From Octopus sinensis (Eukaryota), in NCBI RefSeq assembly GCF_006345805.1, contig NC_043002.1, positions 44,454,001 to 44,518,000 on the forward strand: a stretch of DNA of 64,000 bases. Reading direction: 5' to 3'. A program made the position numbers and the translations under genes. The notes below the pieces were generated by a model, which ran no database searches, had not been told where the DNA came from, and saw nothing but the letters and a program-made list of their open reading frames with translations. Position 1 is the first letter of the stretch. Every line of letters starts with the position of its first letter. Positions 11,973-23,840 of this stretch are shown here, piece after piece.

Positions 11973-14032
11973 GTGTGTGTGTGTGTGTAAATTTCTAATA
12001 TGATTTCCAAATTTTATATTCCCTATGGTATGGAGTACTTTTGTAAAACTTCAATATATTGTAAATCGTATGTTAAATAATTACATTTCCATCTACCCAA
12101 GTTATTTATTTCATGTGTCATATACTGAAAGTGGTTTCAAACCAAAAGCATATTTGTAAAGTCTATATCGTCTGATTAAGAGTGAGATAATGGAACACTG
12201 TTTAAAAATGAGGAGCAGTGAAAAAAAATCCAGTAGAATTCAATTTATACTGAAAACCAGCAGAATAATTTTAAGTGGTACAGCTGAAATTCTTTCACTT
12301 GTTCATATTTTCATGTTGAATTACAACTTCAAGAATTTGTTCTGTATGTACTGAAAAAAGTGTCACCTCTTGACACTTAAATTCGTATTATTTATTTAGT
12401 ACAACATTTTACTGTTTCTGTCAAATCAGAGTTCTCTTTTTATTATAAACAATTCAATTTTGAGAATGAGTATACTTGCAAAAATAAATAAAAAAATCTC
12501 ATACGTTGCTATACGCATTATAATGTGTGTGTGAGTGTGTGTATGAAAATTGTAGTTTATAGTCAGATTTTAATACGGTACAATATGATTGGTTGACAAA
12601 TATCTACTCCTAGTAAAACGCAATTCACAAACATTTGCTCTTTAAGAAGTAAATATTCGTAAGGCCTGTAAATCGAGAAAATATTTATTGTTCGTTATTT
12701 ATCGCATTTTATTAGATATGTGGAAAATTGATAATGATGCAGCAATTTAATTGGAGGTATATATTAAGAAAAATAGGGAGATAGAGAAGAGGAGGGAGAG
12801 ATAGAGAGAGAAAAAGAGATAGACAGATCAAGAAAGAGAGAAGAAAAGACAAAACAAAATAAAAGAAGGATGAACAACGTGAATTCGCCATATCAGAGCA
12901 TAGAGATTGCTTTAGGTATGGATTTCACATAATGTGCACTCTGATGTTTCATAACATTAAAGCATATCGATTTTTTATTCAGTTTCTTGTGTTTTCCCCT
13001 AAAATATCTCATTATTTAGGCTGGTTGTAAATTCTAAACGGCCTGCTTTTCTTACAATGCGGTAATGTTTTTCGCTATCTAATTTATACTAAATATATAC
13101 ATATTTATGTATGTATACAGAATAGTGCAGCTCCCTGTCTTGACGTATAATCAATTACAGGCATAATGTTTTCCTCTTTCCTCTTATTTTTGCTTATTTT
13201 ATAAGGCATTCCATAACAAACTGTCGTTAAATTATTCTTGTAGTGAAAATTGTAATTAATTTTCAAAATTATTTGCTTAGAAATGTTTTGATAATAAGAT
13301 TTCCTTAATAAAACTTCTGAATATTAACGACAATTTTCTCTTGTAAAAAAGGCTTCGATAAACGTATATCACACAAACTTTGATGCTACAAACTTGTACA
13401 TTTATAAGGTTATCCATGCTTGGTATATGAAATTAAATTTAATCAAACATTCTAGCTTATCTAACGTGGTGGGAAAAATAGTAAAAGAGTGATTCTTTAT
13501 TTGTTTCTTTTTTTCTATCATACTGCTAACAACATTGTGTGATATAACGTTATTTTTATGATTTTTGTTTTTCCATTTTTCCTTCAACCGGATAATCGTT
13601 TGATGTGAACTACACTTTAAACTATAATGCAAGCACTAAATGTAAAATGAAACATCATTTATGTTATCGTAAGATGTGCACATGCAATTACTGATGTGAC
13701 AGAAGTATTCAATAAGTGTTAAATTTTATCGAAGTTGTAGGAAAATCAGGGTTGATGCAAATCTTTATTCTTTTATTTCTATACTTAAACTTGTTCTTGG
13801 AATGGCACTGGTTTACTTCATTAGAAAGAAAACTAACGTAATACTTCAAAGTCAAACAGAAGTGGAGTTAAACTTACATAACTACATGAATATTGTCATA
13901 AATAGATCTGTATAATAAATTATTGATTTCTTACATTTATATATGATTCAAATTTGTGGATTCACTTGAGTCATGTGCAGCATATGACTGGTATCCATAA
14001 ACACATACACACGTATATATATATATATATAT

Positions 14033-14432
14033 ATAACCTGCTTAATAGCAATGTATAAAATGCTTACATCTGTCTTGATTGAATATACCTATTGTTTTTT
14101 AATAGAAAGTTGCATATTCCCTAATGAGCAAAAAGGATGTAAACGTGGGTCATATGGTTGTAAAGATCAGCTACTCATCAATAAGTTGATCTTTGGAGAC
14201 TGTCACAAACAACACAATCGCTTGTCGATAGCCTGGATAGACTATAAAAAAGCGTTTGCTATTCTACCACGTAGCTGGATTAAGAAATGTCTGGAAATGT
14301 ATAAAATAACACCTACTCTGCGAAACTTCTTGTCTGTAAGTATGAGATAATGGAGAACAACACTGACTTTGAACAGTTACAATAAATCTTCTAATGCTGG
14401 AGATGTAAAAATTTCACGTGGCACTTTCAAGA
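14033..14432 (+). mobile_element. R4/Dong-like (RLE clade) non-LTR retrotransposon RT fragment
   Basis: ITCLIAMYKMLTS...EQKGCKRGSYGCKDQLLINK...WIDYKKAF...KISRGTF: RT motifs 1-3 characteristic of R4/Dong elements. Confidence 0.8.
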
Positions 14433-14549
14433 GTTGTTTTGTTTTATTTTCTTTCATCTTCTTCCTTTACTTTTCCTAATCTTTCCTACCAACGACGTTA
14501 TCCTATTATATTGCTACACTCTAACAATGTTGTTTAAGAGGCACACTAT

Positions 14550-15258
14550 AAACACACATATATATATAGTGTATAAAAATTTATACACGGAGAGGAGACC
14601 ACCATATGGACTCCTCAAATACTAAAAAGGGCAATGGAAACCCAAACTACAGAAAGAAAGATCCTTTAAGGTACGTCGTTTGTAAGCGAGTAGAATATCT
14701 AGATGAATAAAAGTCTCATTTAACTCTATGCCTATGAGTTTCGCTATGATCAAATAAATCAACTTAATTAATTAATTAACCATCCCTATTTCATCAGCAG
14801 CGTTGTTCGCAAACACTTAATTATGAAAGTATAATACGTAACGAAAAACACAAGATAATGACATACGCATTTAGTTTCATCTTTAAACATCATGAATTCA
14901 AATCAAATATCCTGAAGCACTGTGTTGAGCCAGCATCGTACAGCAGTTAATAAATTCAACTAATTAATTCATAACTACTCAATTAATTAACTAATTAATT
15001 GATTGAGTAATTAGTCAATAAATTGACGAATTAATTGATATATTTGATCATTAATAGTGAAACGCACGGGTATGGGGTTAACCGAAACTTTTATTCATTT
15101 AGATATCCTGCTCACTTACAAGCAATGTGTCTGAAAGAAGAACCTTTCTTAACCTGGTTTGGGTTTCGACTGCCTTTTTTAGCATGTTAGGAGTCCATAT
15201 GGTGGTCTCCTCTCCGTGTATAACTTTTTAAACACTATTATATAGAAATATGTGTGTC
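14550..15258. repeat. Inverted repeat pair with about 230-bp arms (14550-14780 and 15025-15258)
   Basis: Perfect 35-bp inverted core (14581-14615 versus 15189-15223) within more diverged arms; ttaa-rich spacer. Confidence 0.85.
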
Positions 15259-16664
15259 TTCTCACTTTTATTACGCATGCTGACCACTGGTAAACATTTT
15301 AATCTCTTTTAACAATTTTTACCCTTATTTGTATATATATACAGATGGAGGGGTAGAGATATAGGTGTCTTGGCTTGTATACTTCCCTGCAAATTAGTGG
15401 TTCGGCAAAAGGAGAACTCTTCAATAAGTACCATGCTTTGAAAAGATAATTACATGACGGTTGCGTGAATAAACTATTCAAGATGGTGTCCAGAATCGTC
15501 GCATTCTACTAAATGAAATAAGTAAAAGGTGAGAGAAAATATATAAATTATAAATATTATCTTAATTTTGCATATATCATTCGACAAACACCCACGTTAT
15601 TTGAGGAAACGTTTAACAAATTAATTATTGATACCATTGGTAGATGGTATGTTCGAAAATGTTTATTAGAGAGTTTACTATTCTAATTAACATGCACAAT
15701 AATAGGGAAATCCTTTATGTCCTATTATAGCAGCTGCTCTAGAACTACGTATATACGTATGTTATTGGTGCAAAGGTCGGCTTGTATCACTTTGAAATAT
15801 CACCATTTAAATTTATATGCTGCAGAGGCTTCTGAAGCTCATCCGTGTGACAGAGGTAGATCTGAGCAAATTTCAGATTGTTGTATTTTGAAGTAGTGAT
15901 TCGATCATGTAACATTCATTTTCTTGCACCTTAAATATAAAACTAAATCCTGGGGCTTTGATTTTTCTGCAATCCAGGGAAGCCAATGCTAGCCTATTTT
16001 TATATCAACTATTTTTATGTGAACGAATATCTTTCCCGAATCTGTATGAGAAACATGAAAGTACCTCAGATGGATACACTTTATGCAATGTTTCTTTTAT
16101 TACTGTTTGCATATCACTAATATTTGAATGAATGACTTGTCTGCATATCCTGTCTATATGATGAATGTTATCAATAAACACCAGAATATTCACAGACTGG
16201 GAAAACTGGCACCTCGATCATTCTCATCTTGACATCCCCTTACAATATCATATTCTCAAAGCCTGCATGTATATTTAGACAGTTCATTTACTTGATTTTC
16301 CCTCGTTTCACTGGTTCAGTTTCTCTCCATCTGCCGCTGTGCCTTTGCCACCAACCATGTTTTTAGCCGCATTTTCTTTAGGACGGCGTATGTTGAAGTG
16401 GAAATTTCAGTCTGGAATAACATATCGCAGTATGTAGATTCTTTTATTGTATTGTAATCAATATGTTAAATGAAATCAATAATATTACCTAATACTAAAT
16501 GCAAAGTCGACGTAGGCCCAGAATATAACTCAAAGCCTTCGATATTCAGCGAAGTAATTTTGTTATGGGAAATGTAGAGCAGAAACGTTCACAAATATTT
16601 TCAAAATATCTCAACAACCTCAAGCACGTATTCTTAATAAAAAAAGCAATTAAATAGAGGCTTT

Positions 16665-16735
<71 letters not shown>
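16665..16735. repeat. (GA)n microsatellite
   Basis: Direct inspection. Confidence 0.9.
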
Positions 16736-19700
16736 TAGTGTAAGGAATAAAAGTGAATGTAACAGAGTGTACGAGGAAAAGAAGAAAATATCAAATTGAA
16801 ATATCAGGGGAAGAGATACAAACAGAGTTTGTGAAAGAAGTGTCAGAGACCGAGGGAAGAAGGACGTTGAAAAGATGATAATGATAAGAGTATGATAGCA
16901 AAAGTGATAATGATAAATAATTTGAAAGACTGAAAGTGCTAGAAACGAACAGACGCTATAAACAAAGTGAGAGAGAAAGAGCGCTAGGCATGAGAAGATT
17001 AGAAAAAAGGAGAAAATATGTAAGAGGTTTAAAAAATGCTATATTGCAGCGAATAAAAATCAGTTTTCTGAGTGAAGCGTATAGTGAAATCTTGAATAAT
17101 AAAAGAAACTTGAAAAACATATTTTTATTGCTAAAATATATCAAAACTAGTATTTCTAAGAATGTTCTTGACAGTATGGACCCTAATGATCACTCACTAA
17201 TAGTAAAAGTTACATTTATATTAGTTAATTCCCAACCAGCTTTATTTACTATAGAATAGATTGGTGTCATCAGTTTCGTCGTCGCTATAGCCGTTGTCAT
17301 ATTGTCTTTGCTGTTTTACATGTTTTCCTCGGAAATAATTATTGAGAAGCACTTTCGAGGTAGATCTCCTAAACGTTGCGGTAAATGGGGGATATTTGGA
17401 CGATTGCAAAGTCTACTAAACGGAGTCAAGTCTTTTAGTGGCTTTAAAAAAATTAATTCGATTTAAAGGTCTATCTTGCCTACTACATATTCGTTAAAGT
17501 ACAAAGCTTTAATATAAATGCTGTTTCTTTGATTGCATATCATTCCATAGAAATATTTACATTGAAGCAGCACGTGATATTGTTTGTATTAATTACTCAA
17601 AGTTTAATTAGATATTTTGTGTTTAGAACGTTATGGTTACATCAAGTGGACACATTGTTTCTTAAGTATTTTGCCTATTTATTTTAGAAAAAAATTATTT
17701 GGTTATTTATGTGTAGAAGTGATGACGTTGGGATAATTTAGTAGTTGTAGCCATGATCCTTCATATTAGAGGAATGAAAATACAAATCCTCATCAATTGC
17801 GAAGAATTGATAAATAGCAACAATATTAGGAAGATTATATAGAACATTCGCAACATTATTAGTGTAAATAATGACAACACCAAGAATACTGACGTTAGAA
17901 ACGTGTGAAAAAATATCTTTATTTATAATTGTAATTATGCGGTGAAAACTGTAATGCCCTCAAACATTCATTTCAAATATGTTTGAGTGTGGGCCAAGAA
18001 CTACATTATATGTTAAAAAGAAAATGTACATATACTGTTAAACATCTTTGTTTCATCTTATGCAGATTTTGAAAACATACTTGCCAATTTCGTGGAAAAG
18101 ATTTTGTCTGTTTACATGGACGTAGTTACGTTCCCTCAACTGAGCCAAACCATATGGAGTAAGGCAGAAAAAGGTAAGAAAAGCAGACACAGCTCGTATC
18201 TCAGACATCTGCCCACTGGTCCATGCGAACAGACAAGGCTCGTGCCAGAGATATTGGCTCGGATTTTGATCACTGGATTGTCACCAGCTTTCAGTTTATC
18301 TTTTCAGTATAGCATCGTGCGACGCATAGATTATAAACTACCGTTTACATTCAGAATGTGATGACAACTGAACATAACTGGGGTGAAGCAAAGGCAAGAG
18401 TAATCGCTGTATCTACAGTACTACCTGCATGAGGTAGAGGGCAGCAGACAGAGCGACGGAAAGTTTGGTAGAGCCTTCCCTTGCTCAAGAGTGGCAGAAA
18501 GCTCCAAGTTGTAGTTCCACCCGTCATTCCGCGGTGATGAGCTGGAGATAGACTTTGGATAAAACAAATGAAACGTCGAAGTCGGTGACAAAGGAATGAC
18601 AGAAGGTGAGTAATTCATTGTAAACCCTCATACAAGTTTTTATTTTACATGAACTTCACGGTCTGATTTAACATCTACAACTTAATGGGGCTCATAAAGA
18701 GATTAAAAAAGAAATTGAAATTAAAAAAAGTATTGTGTTGATAAAGAAAGAGACAATCGTGGAATGCACCAAACATTAAATGATAGACTTTTGAAGAAAA
18801 ATACTCCTCCAGATATTGTAGGTTTTCCCACAGTTCGACTAAAACTAGGGATGCTTACAAGCCATTTAATAAGTTCCAGTTGCAGTAAGTTTGAGTTGTG
18901 ATTATTTGTTCCGAATATAAATTTTTAACTTGTTATAATGTACTGTATACGTGATATGCGTATAGTGCTTTGAAGCACTATTTTGAGTACGCTGTATATA
19001 GGTGAAGCCCCTGTTACATTGGTAATGCATTTTCTTTTTTCTTCCATTACAGCGTACCGACTATTAAAGTAATTGTTTCTGATTTCAATCTCCAAATTTC
19101 GGTTATCCATTATTATAATCTTTGTTATAGTTGTGCTGAGAAATAAATAGTTTGCTTTCTTCAAACCCAAATCAATTTACAACTTGAAGAATATTCCTAA
19201 AAATATTTAAGGATAAGAATGATGTTCAAGTTGAACAAAAGCGTTCAAAATGAACACGAGTGTTCATGGTCAAGAAAACTGTTCAGTGTTAAGAAATGCT
19301 TTCTGATAATGTTTTGAGATTCTAGTATTACTGTTTTCTTAAAATATTTATGTCAATCTTTAAAAGTATTTTAAGAATATGCTTCCAACAATGACCGTGT
19401 ATCATTGCAGTTGTGTTCATAGGATGATATACTTATTCTTAAATACTTATAGTGTTTAAATTTAGCTGTTAGGTTAGTGTAATTCCTTGGTTTCTCAGCT
19501 TTGTCAATGTCTTCTGCTATTAACTATACTAATATTATCCTGGTGACTGACATTTGAAATCTTTTATATATAAGCCACTCTTTATTTAGTACAGTGATAG
19601 TTTTTTGTGTGACCGGAGCATTTACAATGTCATTGAAATAATACTATCTGTCAACGTTTAAATACATTTCCTGCGTCCACTTTTATATTGTTGTCACTAA

Positions 19701-21466
19701 TATCATCGATGTTCTCTTTTGTAATGTCCCATTTTGAGTAAACAAACAGCTATGCGCCATTCTAACCATTTTAGATTATGACTGTATATGGCTACTAAAA
19801 ATAGATCTAGTAAAACAGTATTTTCAGGTCGAAGTAAGATTAGATACATCCGTCTGGCTAGTGAGATAAGTAGCCAAATGACAAAATGCTATTATTATTA
19901 GTAGTAGTAGTACTATTGTTGCTGTTGTTGTTATTGTTATTGTTATTGTTGTTGGTCTTCTTCTTCTTACCTTTTTCATCTTGTTCTTGTGTTTGACACA
20001 GTGAGATGTATTGTGTCTCGTAGGCCCAATATAGCAATATCATAGGTGTCTTTTTTTTCTTTTTTGCTAGTAAGTGAATTTCTTTTTTTTAATTCTAACT
20101 TCTATTCTGAGAAATAGGAAGTTAAGTGTTGTGTTTAAAAAAAGAATTTCTTTTGTCAAGAAATGATTTTTTTCATTCCATTCGTAAATTGAAAACATGA
20201 GTAATTCATGCAGAAACCTCCTCTTAAAGTCAAAAAGAAAGAAGTACTTTTTTTATGGCGAGAAAACAAATAAAAGAAAAGTATCAGGGAAATGTAATCA
20301 CACTGCAGTGTGTAAATATTTCACAAGGAATAAATAATGACTTTCTAATAGAAAATAGAATTATTAATTTGAATGTTGAAATAGAATTATTAATTTGAAT
20401 GTTGATTGCAATAAGGTAAATAGAATTAGAATACACACACAAATATATTATTTGTCAAATGAACTAAACAGTGAAATGAATTGTATTCGCCTGCGCTAGA
20501 AACAGCAGCAGACTTCGAAAATGAACCGAATAACTAACCGGGAAGAGAGATCCCATTGACAGAGTTTTATAACCAATAGAATTGGATTTTTGCGGGAATC
20601 TTGCATCACTTAAAGTGGGGCAGCTTTTGTTGTGTCTCAACAATGTTCTTTAAGAAAATGGAAGACGAAGTGATAGAAGAATCTAAGTTGGTGTATTGCG
20701 TGTTTATCCATAAGCTAGTACTGCGATATTTGAGTCAACTTTATACTACTGTCAAACTGAAGAATATTAACAAATATCTTGATGCTTAATTTGTTGTCGT
20801 TCAACCATGAAACGCAGTCCTTAAATGTGGAGAATAATTATGTATCTAGGAGCGACAGGTGTTGAAGTAGTGCTTCAATGGTTATAAAATCCTTTAGGAA
20901 CTCCGATGATTGTCGAAACATCCTGAAGCCTCAGTTGCGCAACTATTACAACACCAATGAAGGCCGAAATATCAGTCTTAGGAAATGATGACCAAGAATC
21001 AAGATACCAAGAAGTAAATATATCTGTCCTAGGCATATTACACTGTTCTCACACAAAATATGGGGAGGAAAAGGAAACTAAAAACGAATGGGCACTTTAT
21101 CAAAGACATTAAAAATATGAAGAGGGAAAAGAACTCCTCAAAATGTAGATCCTAGACAGAAGGTATGCATAATATAGTAAGAAAATTCACTTCTCAGCAA
21201 ACGCCAAAATCGAGGAACTCACCATTTTCTTAGAAACTATAGGATTTATAATGTTCAGAATATCAAAGTAGATCGAAATTGCCCACGTGGTGGTTTGCGA
21301 GAGTGATGAGAAAAGACTAAAATGAACACTCGAAAAACAGATCTTGCTGAAAACCTGGTCAGAAGTCTATTAACAACTTGTCCTTAGAATTCCGGAGGAT
21401 ATGAGCGGTTATCTATCGACTTCGATATATGAACTATTGACATATATATATATATATTATATATAT

Positions 21467-21499
<33 letters not shown>

Positions 21500-21529
<30 letters not shown>

Positions 21530-21639
21530 ATACATATATACATATATATGTATATATGTACATATATATATATATATAAATTTCCTCTATTTACATAATA
21601 TTGAGGTCTCTTTCTTTTGTTATGTTACCGTTTTTACCA

Positions 21640-21687
<48 letters not shown>

Positions 21688-21820
21688 ATACATATATACA
21701 TATATATGTATATATGTACATATATATATATATATAAATTTCCTCTATTTACATAATATTGAGGTCTCTTTCTTTTGTTATGTTACCGTTTTTACCAATA
21801 TATATATATATATATATATT
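21500..21820. repeat. 158-bp exact tandem duplication with breakpoints in TA/TG microsatellites
   Basis: The unique segment tttcctctatttac...tttaccaa occurs at 21581 and 21739. Confidence 0.85.
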
Positions 21821-22306
21821 AGTGTACATTTATACAGAAAGAGGCACGCCTTAAACATGTTGCCTAACATACTAGAAATAACAGTCAAGAAGTTCAAACC
21901 ACAGTTAAGAGCAATTTTGAAAGGAATGAAAAATAAAAACATTTACTGTTTTACCGCCGGACCCGAAATTTCGAACTTTGGTTAGTAATTAAAATAATTG
22001 CAAGGCGAAGATCTTATCAGCAGCTTTAATCTGCAGCAAATAAAAGTTCCGATTAAACTTCAGAAATTGCTAAAATCATTTCTTAAATTTATATAGGGTA
22101 GGAAGAAGTAATAGAAATTGCTCTTAACTGTGACCTGGACTCTTTGACTGTTCCTTCTAGTATTTTAGGCAACCTGTTAAAGGCTTGCATCTTTGTGTAT
22201 AAATGTACACTAATTTTTATATGAAGAGTATGTCTATTGACTTTGTATAAATGCTAGGCCACTGGTAGAAATTATTTTATAATTTTTTTCCTATTCTCTC
22301 TCTCTT

Positions 22307-22343
<37 letters not shown>

Positions 22344-22468
22344 GCGGATTTTTCAACTGCTTCAGAGGAGGGCGAGATAAACTACCTGCATCAACTTGCC
22401 ATGAAGGCAGATAATAAAAGCTTTGAAGAGTGCAATTTGATTTTAGCAGTTACTTTTTCAAAGCTATA

Positions 22469-22797
22469 ATGAAAGTGACAAAGGTGTATATTCGACATAT
22501 TTTGCTTTATGACTTCAAGAAAGGCAACAACTCAATAGAAAGTGCGAGTAATGTTAAAGCAGTATATAGGGATCGGACAATAACCGTAAGCCAGTGTCAA
22601 CGGTGATTCCAGAAATTCAGACCCGTAAATTACAGCCTAGAAACGAGCCTCGTCCTGGAAGATCTGCAGAGCTTGACGAGGACGTCCTGCAAACCCTGGT
22701 GGAACAAAATCTCTGCTAATTGAGGAACTAGCAGAGAAGCTTGGATTTGGTCATTCAGCCATTCATCGATACCTGCGTGCCAACGGAAAAGTCAGCA
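22469..22797 (+). mobile_element. Mariner transposase N-terminal (HTH) relic
   Basis: MKVTKVYIRHILLYDFKKGNNSIESASNVKAVYRDRTITVSQCQR*FQKFR...EPRPGRSAELDEDVLQTLVEQN...IEELAEKLGFGHSAIHRYLR. Confidence 0.8.
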
Positions 22798-23019
22798 GGG
22801 CTTACACCAAGTCAGGTGTGACTTAATCTACTATTAAAAAACTTGTAATTACTAAATTTTACTTTAAAAGATATTCTTGTAAGATATTCTTGTAAGAGGC
22901 TGCATTAAGTAACGTTTTTTAAATCTTTAGATATATACTTATGCATGCATGTATGAGTGGTTGAGCGGGTGTATGAATGTGTATGTTAAGATATATGTAT
23001 GTGTATATATGCGCAGTCA

Positions 23020-23378
23020 TATGTGAGCCCCTTCTCCAGTACTGATGTCTGCCAAAATCTATTTTCACTTCCGTAGTAAATTGCTCAAGATAACCCCCAA
23101 AAAGTTCGTCGTAGGTGACGTGTTCTGAATGAAAATGTATCTCGCAGGCCACGTGAAGAAATAACAGACAAGACCTGCGAAACATTAATACATATATGTT
23201 GCAGTGTAATATTATTTGCTAATACATCCCCAAAATTTTGCTTGAGAATTAATAGGAGGGCAATTTCATTATGCATGGAAGACAAAAACGGATAATTTAC
23301 TCCCTTAATTCAACTAGTCATCAAATTACTTTGAAATGCGTTTAGGCATACGGATGAACGAGTGAATCTGTGGTTCAA
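23020..23378 (-). repeat. Unclassified interspersed repeat, copy 1 (23206-23378 shared with 27881-28055)
   Basis: About 175-bp alignment, roughly 85-90% identical by eye. Confidence 0.7.
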
Positions 23379-23558
23379 ATAAACACATATTTTATTTTAT
23401 CATTGCACATAGAGTTTTAAATCTGTCAGCCTTTTGCAGATACTAACAGCAATAATCACAAACTGGGAGAGACATACTGCTTGAAGTTTACGGCAGTCGT
23501 ACTCATGCAGCAATATCTAATATACCCATCACAATTGGGAAATAATAGCGCTACATAC

Positions 23559-23840
23559 CTGGCTACTAAAATTCTTGTCTACAATTGGCCATCTGTCTTA
23601 GTCGGCTGGATGTGGCGAGAACGGAGGCACAACATTCTGCATGGTAAGAAGTGAGACGTGTGAATGTTGAATTCGGTATGTTGAAGAACCTGGAGGCGTC
23701 TGCGTAAATGTTCCTGGTAAAAGTGGTGGACCATTTTGCTCAGCTACTTTCAACACTGCGCGCGGTGAGAGGTGTGACGCGTAAATGAGTTGACTCAACG
23801 CTTTGAAAAGAGCTTGGACGCCAACAAGTGGCTTTATATA
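23559..23840 (-). promoter_or_regulatory. Candidate TATA promoter and non-coding first exon (possibly of the GPCR)
   Basis: TATATAAAG at 23840-23832, a CpG-retaining GC-richer segment, and a CCAG|GTATGT donor at 23559/23558. Speculative. Confidence 0.25.

Noticed and set aside
14715-14805. CTGATGA...CGAAACTC...GAGTT on the minus strand
   Set aside because: Stem I and the base of stem II do not pair; not callable as a hammerhead.
16065-16411. Possible minus-strand internal UTR exon (ttattccAG acceptor, GAG|GTACTT donor)
   Set aside because: Weak donor and many upstream ATGs; such signals are expected by chance.
20900-20990. Hammerhead-like fragments (CCGATGA..CGAAAC; TGAAGGCCGAAA); similar cases at about 24700, 29750, 50345 and 52880
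   Set aside because: No consistent stems I-III; compatible with chance or with extreme decay.
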